DNA of 64,000 nucleotides from Bacilli bacterium (GTDB lineage Bacteria; Bacillota_I; Bacilli_A; RFN20; CAG-631): NCBI GenBank assembly GCA_900754115.1, contig CAAEBM010000052.1, positions 10,716 to 74,715 of the forward strand, read 5' to 3'. Shown piece by piece: positions 59,900 to 64,000 of this stretch (position 1 is its first letter; each line of letters starts with the position of its first letter). The notes under the pieces were generated by a model. It saw only the letters and a program-made list of their open reading frames with translations, ran no database searches and was not told where the DNA came from. The position numbers and the translations under genes were made by a program.

Positions 59900-60481
59900 A
59901 TGAACTACATTCCTACAATTATTGAAGTAAGTCATGATGGAGAACGCCATTATGATGTGTATTCCCTTTTGTTAAAAGAAAGAATTGTCATGCTAAATGG
60001 AGAAATTAATGATGTCGTGGCTTCTCATATTATTGCTCAACTTTTATATTTAGCCTCAAAAGATCCTCATAAAGATATTCAATTATATATCAACTCTGTT
60101 GGAGGAAGTATTACAAGTGGAATGGCAATTTATGATACTATGCAACATATTCCTTGTGATGTTTCAACGATTTGTATTGGATTGTGTGCCAGCATGGGTG
60201 CCTTTTTATTGTCTGGTGGTTGTAAAGGAAAACGATATTCTTTACCAAATAGTGAAATCATGATTCACCAACCTAGTGGTGGCGCAAGTGGCGTCGCTAG
60301 TGATATTGACATTGCTTCTAAACGAATCCAAAAATTAAAAAAGAAGCTCAATATGATTTTAGCTTCTAATACAAACAAAACGCTTTCTCAAATCCAAAAA
60401 GATACCGAAAGAGATTACTTTATGGACGCAAAGGAAGCGTTAGAATATGGAATTATAGATAAAATTATCTATCGACAATAA
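59900..60481 (+). CDS. clpP: ATP-dependent Clp protease proteolytic subunit
   Basis: Catalytic Ser in GLCASMG, His in MIHQPSGG and Asp in the LERDYFM-like segment. 193 aa. Confidence 0.95.
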   Translation: MNYIPTIIEVSHDGERHYDVYSLLLKERIVMLNGEINDVVASHIIAQLLYLASKDPHKDIQLYINSVGGSITSGMAIYDTMQHIPCDVSTICIGLCASMGAFLLSGGCKGKRYSLPNSEIMIHQPSGGASGVASDIDIASKRIQKLKKKLNMILASNTNKTLSQIQKDTERDYFMDAKEALEYGIIDKIIYRQ

Positions 60482-60681
60482 AAACCACAGCTACACTTAA
60501 AAATAATAAAACGACAATGGATAGACAAAGAATTGATAACCATTTTTTTCTTTTTGCACTACGACTTTGTTTTTGATATTGTTGACTTTTAGACATTGTA
60601 ATCTCTCCATTTATATTCTGTACCCTTATTATATCTCTTTTTTGTAGTTTATATCAATATTTTTTAGAAAGTAGCGATTTT

Positions 60682-60963
60682 ATGAACAATAATCAAGCTT
60701 TTGATGATTTTTTAAACATTGATTATCAGCGCTTAAGTCGCTATCTTTTTAGTTTTAGTGGAAATGATTTTGGCATTATTGGTGCAGTAGTCGGTTATAT
60801 CATTTGTCAAAATTTAGACATTGATGAACAAAATTCTATCGGTAATTTTTTAGAATTAATTGGGCAAATGATTTTGGCTATAGCCGCACAAAATCAGGTA
60901 AGAAATAACGATTTAAATCAAAGCAATGCTTATAATGGAATTGTATCTAAAAAAGGTTTTTAA
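60682..60963 (+). CDS. hypothetical 93-aa protein with one hydrophobic segment
   Basis: ORF preceded by an AT-rich region. No recognisable motif. Overlaps the prmC 3' end by 17 nt (convergent). Confidence 0.35.
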   Translation: MNNNQAFDDFLNIDYQRLSRYLFSFSGNDFGIIGAVVGYIICQNLDIDEQNSIGNFLELIGQMILAIAAQNQVRNNDLNQSNAYNGIVSKKGF

Positions 60964-61792
60964 ATAGAAATACCATTCGATAAAGTCCTGCATAATCTTT
61001 TAAAAATTCATACTGAAAATCAAATAGTTTTTCTTGAATCAAACTTTCTAAAGCCTCTTTTTGATCATAACCAAATTCAAAAGCCATCATTGGACGTTCT
61101 TTTAATAAATCCTTAGCATTATCAAAAAGAATTCGATAGAAATCTAGCCCATCGTCTCCCCCAAACAAAGCATTATGTGGTTCGTTATTGTAAACCATAT
61201 CATCTAACTTTTCTTGATTTTTAATGTAAGGTGGGTTACAAACTAAAACATCAAATTTTAATTTTTTTTCTAAAAGTGGAGTAATAAAATCTCCTAATAA
61301 AGGAAAAACTTGAACATCTAATTTTTTTGCGTTTTGTTGCACAATTTCGATAGCTTTAGGATTAATATCACAAAGGTAAACTTGACTTGGAAATACTTCC
61401 TTTTTTATTGTCAGTCCAATAACCCCACTTCCACAACAAACATCAGCTAAAACTATCGATTGATTGGCAAAAAATTGATCGATTCTAAGAATCGTCTCTT
61501 CTACTAATTGTTCTGTTTCTGGTCGGGGAATAAAAACATTTTCATCCACGTAAAAATCATATCCAAAAAAGCAGGTACGATGAACAATGTATTGTGGTGG
61601 TTTTTTTAAAAGAACATATAAATCTACAATTTTCATAAAGGATTGATATATTTCATCACTGACTTCATCTGATAAATGATGATAAGGAACTGCAAAATCA
61701 CTATAAAAGAAAAGCCATTTTATAGCACTGACTTCCATATTTTCTAAAGCAGCTTTTTTTTCAGCTTTTTGAATCATTTGAGCATAATTCAT
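60947..61792 (-). CDS. prmC: release factor glutamine N5-methyltransferase PrmC (HemK)
   Basis: VCNPPYI (NPPY) motif and SAM motif I DVCCGSGVIGL. Immediately downstream of prfA with a 1-nt overlap. Confidence 0.85.
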   Translation of the reverse strand: MNYAQMIQKAEKKAALENMEVSAIKWLFFYSDFAVPYHHLSDEVSDEIYQSFMKIVDLYVLLKKPPQYIVHRTCFFGYDFYVDENVFIPRPETEQLVEETILRIDQFFANQSIVLADVCCGSGVIGLTIKKEVFPSQVYLCDINPKAIEIVQQNAKKLDVQVFPLLGDFITPLLEKKLKFDVLVCNPPYIKNQEKLDDMVYNNEPHNALFGGDDGLDFYRILFDNAKDLLKERPMMAFEFGYDQKEALESLIQEKLFDFQYEFLKDYAGLYRMVFLFKNLF

Positions 61793-62865
61793 TATAATTC
61801 TGCCTCTAACTTTTCTTTTTGATCTTCATTCATTAAAGCATCTAAAATTTCATCTAAATCTCCTTCAATAATTCGATCTAATTTTTGCAAAGTAAATCCG
61901 ATGCGATGATCTGTTACCCGATTTTGTGGATAATTGTAAGTACGAATTTTTTCACTTCTTTCTCCTTTACCCACTTTTAATTTTCTTTCTGCACTGACTT
62001 CTTCTAATTGTTTAGACTTCATTTCTTCTGCAACTTTCATCCGAATAATTTGTAAAGCTTTTTCTTTATTTTCATGTTGACTTCTTCCATCTTGACATGT
62101 CACAACGATTTTTGTAGGGATATGTGTAATTCGAATTGCTGATTCTGTTTTATTGACATGTTGTCCCCCTGCACCACCAGAACGATAAACATCAATGTGT
62201 AAATCTTCTTCTTTAATAGTAGAGTCAATTTCATCAATTTCTGGCATGACTAAAACGGTAGAAGTAGAGGTATGAATTCTTCCTGCTGCTTCCGTCTTTG
62301 GAACTCGTTGAACGCGATGGGCACCTGATTCAAATTTTAATCGCGAATAGGCTCCTTCTCCTTTAATCATAAAAGAAATCAAAGAAAATCCTCCAAATTC
62401 GGTTTCATTCGATTCCATGACTTCAATCTTCCAACCCTTGGATTCAGCATATCGAGTATACATCCGAAATAAATCTCCAGCAAAAATATTGGCTTCATCG
62501 CCACCAGCAGCGCCACGAATTTCCATCAAAACATTTTTGTCATCGTTAGGATCTTTAGGCAATAACAAAATTTTTAATTCATCATAAATCTTTTCGTTTT
62601 CTTCTGTCAATTGTTTAATCTCTTCATGGGCTAATGCAACGACTTCCTCATCATTTTCTTCTAATAATAACTTGGCTTCTTCAATTTCTTTTTGATGATT
62701 CAAATAAGTTTGATATTTTTGAGCTGTTTTTTCAATTTGTGCACTTTCTTTTGATAATTGCGTATATTGTTTGATATCTTGAATGATTTCTTCTTCTTGT
62801 AATTTTTGTTGCAATACATGGTATTTAGTTAATATTGCATCTAATCGAACAAACATTTTATCCAT
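61792..62865 (-). CDS. prfA: peptide chain release factor 1
   Basis: GGQHVNKTESAIRITHIPT (GGQ) and PxT-type decoding region. 357 aa. Confidence 0.95.
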   Translation of the reverse strand: MDKMFVRLDAILTKYHVLQQKLQEEEIIQDIKQYTQLSKESAQIEKTAQKYQTYLNHQKEIEEAKLLLEENDEEVVALAHEEIKQLTEENEKIYDELKILLLPKDPNDDKNVLMEIRGAAGGDEANIFAGDLFRMYTRYAESKGWKIEVMESNETEFGGFSLISFMIKGEGAYSRLKFESGAHRVQRVPKTEAAGRIHTSTSTVLVMPEIDEIDSTIKEEDLHIDVYRSGGAGGQHVNKTESAIRITHIPTKIVVTCQDGRSQHENKEKALQIIRMKVAEEMKSKQLEEVSAERKLKVGKGERSEKIRTYNYPQNRVTDHRIGFTLQKLDRIIEGDLDEILDALMNEDQKEKLEAEL

Positions 62866-63646
62866 TTTTTTTAACGCTCCTTTGTGTTAATTGTGGTTTT
62901 TTTATTAAATTTAATTCTAATTCTTTTGCCATATTTTCAATATATTCAGTTGCAAAATCATTGAGCTGATTGGGGGCATGCGCATCTGCTCCTAAGACAA
63001 AGCGCAAAGGATATTGTTTTAAAATTTGATAAAATTCTTTAAAAGGATAAGGTGGGACTTTTTTATTTTGATATTCAATATAAGAACGACTGCGACAACC
63101 AGAACCACTTAATTCTACATAACAATCATATTGAGACAATAAAGCTCCTATTTTATGAGTTAATTCAATCGTATGTTCATCCCATTTTTGGTACCCTTTT
63201 AAAAAGCAATCAGGATGACAAATATAGCGAAACAACCCTGTTTCTAATCCTTTTTTTAAAGTTTCATAGTAATAATCTAAATACTTTTTATTTGTGATAG
63301 GAGTAGCAAAATCATATCTTTGATGATCAATATAAGCGAAATGATTGCCAAAAATCAGATAATCCACTTTCTTGTTTTCAATTAAAGATTGATAATAAGG
63401 AAGCATGTTCTCAACATATTCGCATTCAAATCCAATTAAAATATTAATTTTTTCTTTGTATTTTTCTTTTAACGATTGAAACGTTTGTAAATAATCTTCA
63501 TTTTGTTGAAAATCTACATGTGAAATATGATCTGTAAATCCAATTTCTTTTATTCCATTTTTTAAAGCAAATTGGATATACTCTTCATCTTCTCCTGTTG
63601 CATGACCGCATCTTTTCGTATGCGTATGGTAATTATATTGAATCAT
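62858..63646 (-). CDS. PHP-domain phosphoesterase (HisJ/YcdX-like histidinol-phosphatase family)
   Basis: N-terminal YHTHTKRCGHA and later His/Asp metal ligands. 262 aa. Confidence 0.65.
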   Translation of the reverse strand: MIQYNYHTHTKRCGHATGEDEEYIQFALKNGIKEIGFTDHISHVDFQQNEDYLQTFQSLKEKYKEKINILIGFECEYVENMLPYYQSLIENKKVDYLIFGNHFAYIDHQRYDFATPITNKKYLDYYYETLKKGLETGLFRYICHPDCFLKGYQKWDEHTIELTHKIGALLSQYDCYVELSGSGCRSRSYIEYQNKKVPPYPFKEFYQILKQYPLRFVLGADAHAPNQLNDFATEYIENMAKELELNLIKKPQLTQRSVKKNG

Positions 63647-63658
63647 ACAAAATCACTC

Positions 63659-64000
63659 CTAGTACTTTACTTTTTTTAAATATAATCCTTGTGGATCAGC
63701 TTTATAACTACATTTTTCTTTACTCGTTAAATGAAGTAAAGATAAAATATAATCATCATCTTTTTTATTTGTGGCCACAGCAATCATTGCACCTACCATT
63801 AAACGAACCATTGATCTTAAAAAGCCACTTCCTTCAAATAGTATTTGAATTTCTTTTTTAGTATGCGTTATTTGAACTAGAAAAATGGTTTTAACAAAAG
63901 TAGCCACTTCTTCTTTTTTGTTCGTCGTGAAATTGTAAAAATTATGTTCTCCAACAAATAGTTGACCAGCCTTCTTTAATTTAGTTATATCAATTGGCTC
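63659..64000 (-). CDS. truA: tRNA pseudouridine synthase A, 3' portion (gene continues past the window end; the track's start at 63907 is an internal GTG)
   Basis: The open frame extends without a stop to position 64000 (...LKKAGQLFVGEHNFYNF...). FLRSMVRLMVG and C-terminal DPQGLYLKKVKY are TruA signatures. Confidence 0.7.
   Translation of the reverse strand, partial: EPIDITKLKKAGQLFVGEHNFYNFTTNKKEEVATFVKTIFLVQITHTKKEIQILFEGSGFLRSMVRLMVGAMIAVATNKKDDDYILSLLHLTSKEKCSYKADPQGLYLKKVKY

Overview
This window is a low-GC (about 30% by eye) chromosomal segment from a Firmicute. The organism is probably a spore-former: there is a near-canonical GerE, a SpoVB-like flippase, a GerM-like protein and a SigH-like sigma factor. 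Gene order is classically Bacillus/Clostridium-like, so a lineage such as Erysipelotrichia/Clostridia is possible but cannot be settled from sequence alone.

Most of the window is core housekeeping DNA:
- The minus strand carries cysS, rlmB, a sigH-like gene, rpmG, secE, nusG, rplK, rplA, rplJ, rplL, a ybxB-like methyltransferase, rpoB and rpoC.
- A HydABC-type [FeFe] hydrogenase operon lies next to a gap-pgk-tpiA-pyk glycolytic operon.
- Other core genes are uvrC, mutS2, ruvAB, radC, a T-box-controlled valS, surE, rdgB, secDF, clpP, prfA-prmC and truA.

Two regions look accessory.

(1) Positions 8.9-12.5 kb hold a translationally coupled three-gene operon. It encodes a DUF3990-like protein whose H-G-T ... 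G-F-Y-L-T motifs resemble an ADP-ribosyltransferase fold, a 142-aa unknown protein, and a clear NADAR/YbiA-family protein. Next to it sits an AT-rich DUF4143 AAA-ATPase cassette. The cassette is bracketed by palindromic direct repeats. It is also flanked by a duplicated terminator block fused to a decayed NADAR pseudogene fragment; the fusion point is a 9-bp microhomology (catcgttgg). This is my best candidate for a previously undescribed toxin/antitoxin-like or defence-type ADP-ribosylation module lying in a recombination hotspot.

(2) Positions 27.6-34.7 kb encode a 2371-aa lipoprotein immediately downstream of rpoBC. Its features are:
- five copies of an uncharacterised ~140-aa module (NAGYGGP..DGFY..R ... 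V[IV]PEGGF);
- four Listeria-Bacteroides-type repeats;
- a pectate-lyase-like beta-helix;
- a 210-aa unit duplicated 1.26 kb apart, with a 60-nt stretch identical at the DNA level, which I read as a recent duplication.

RNA elements found by eye are a T-box leader upstream of valS, a possible preQ1-I riboswitch upstream of a QueT-like transporter, an L10 leader, and several intrinsic terminators.

Three annotation corrections to the ORF track are proposed: rpmG (49 aa) was missed, rplK most likely starts at the second GTG, and rpoB most likely starts at an internal GTG.

No CRISPR array, integrase, transposase or rRNA/tRNA gene was seen.
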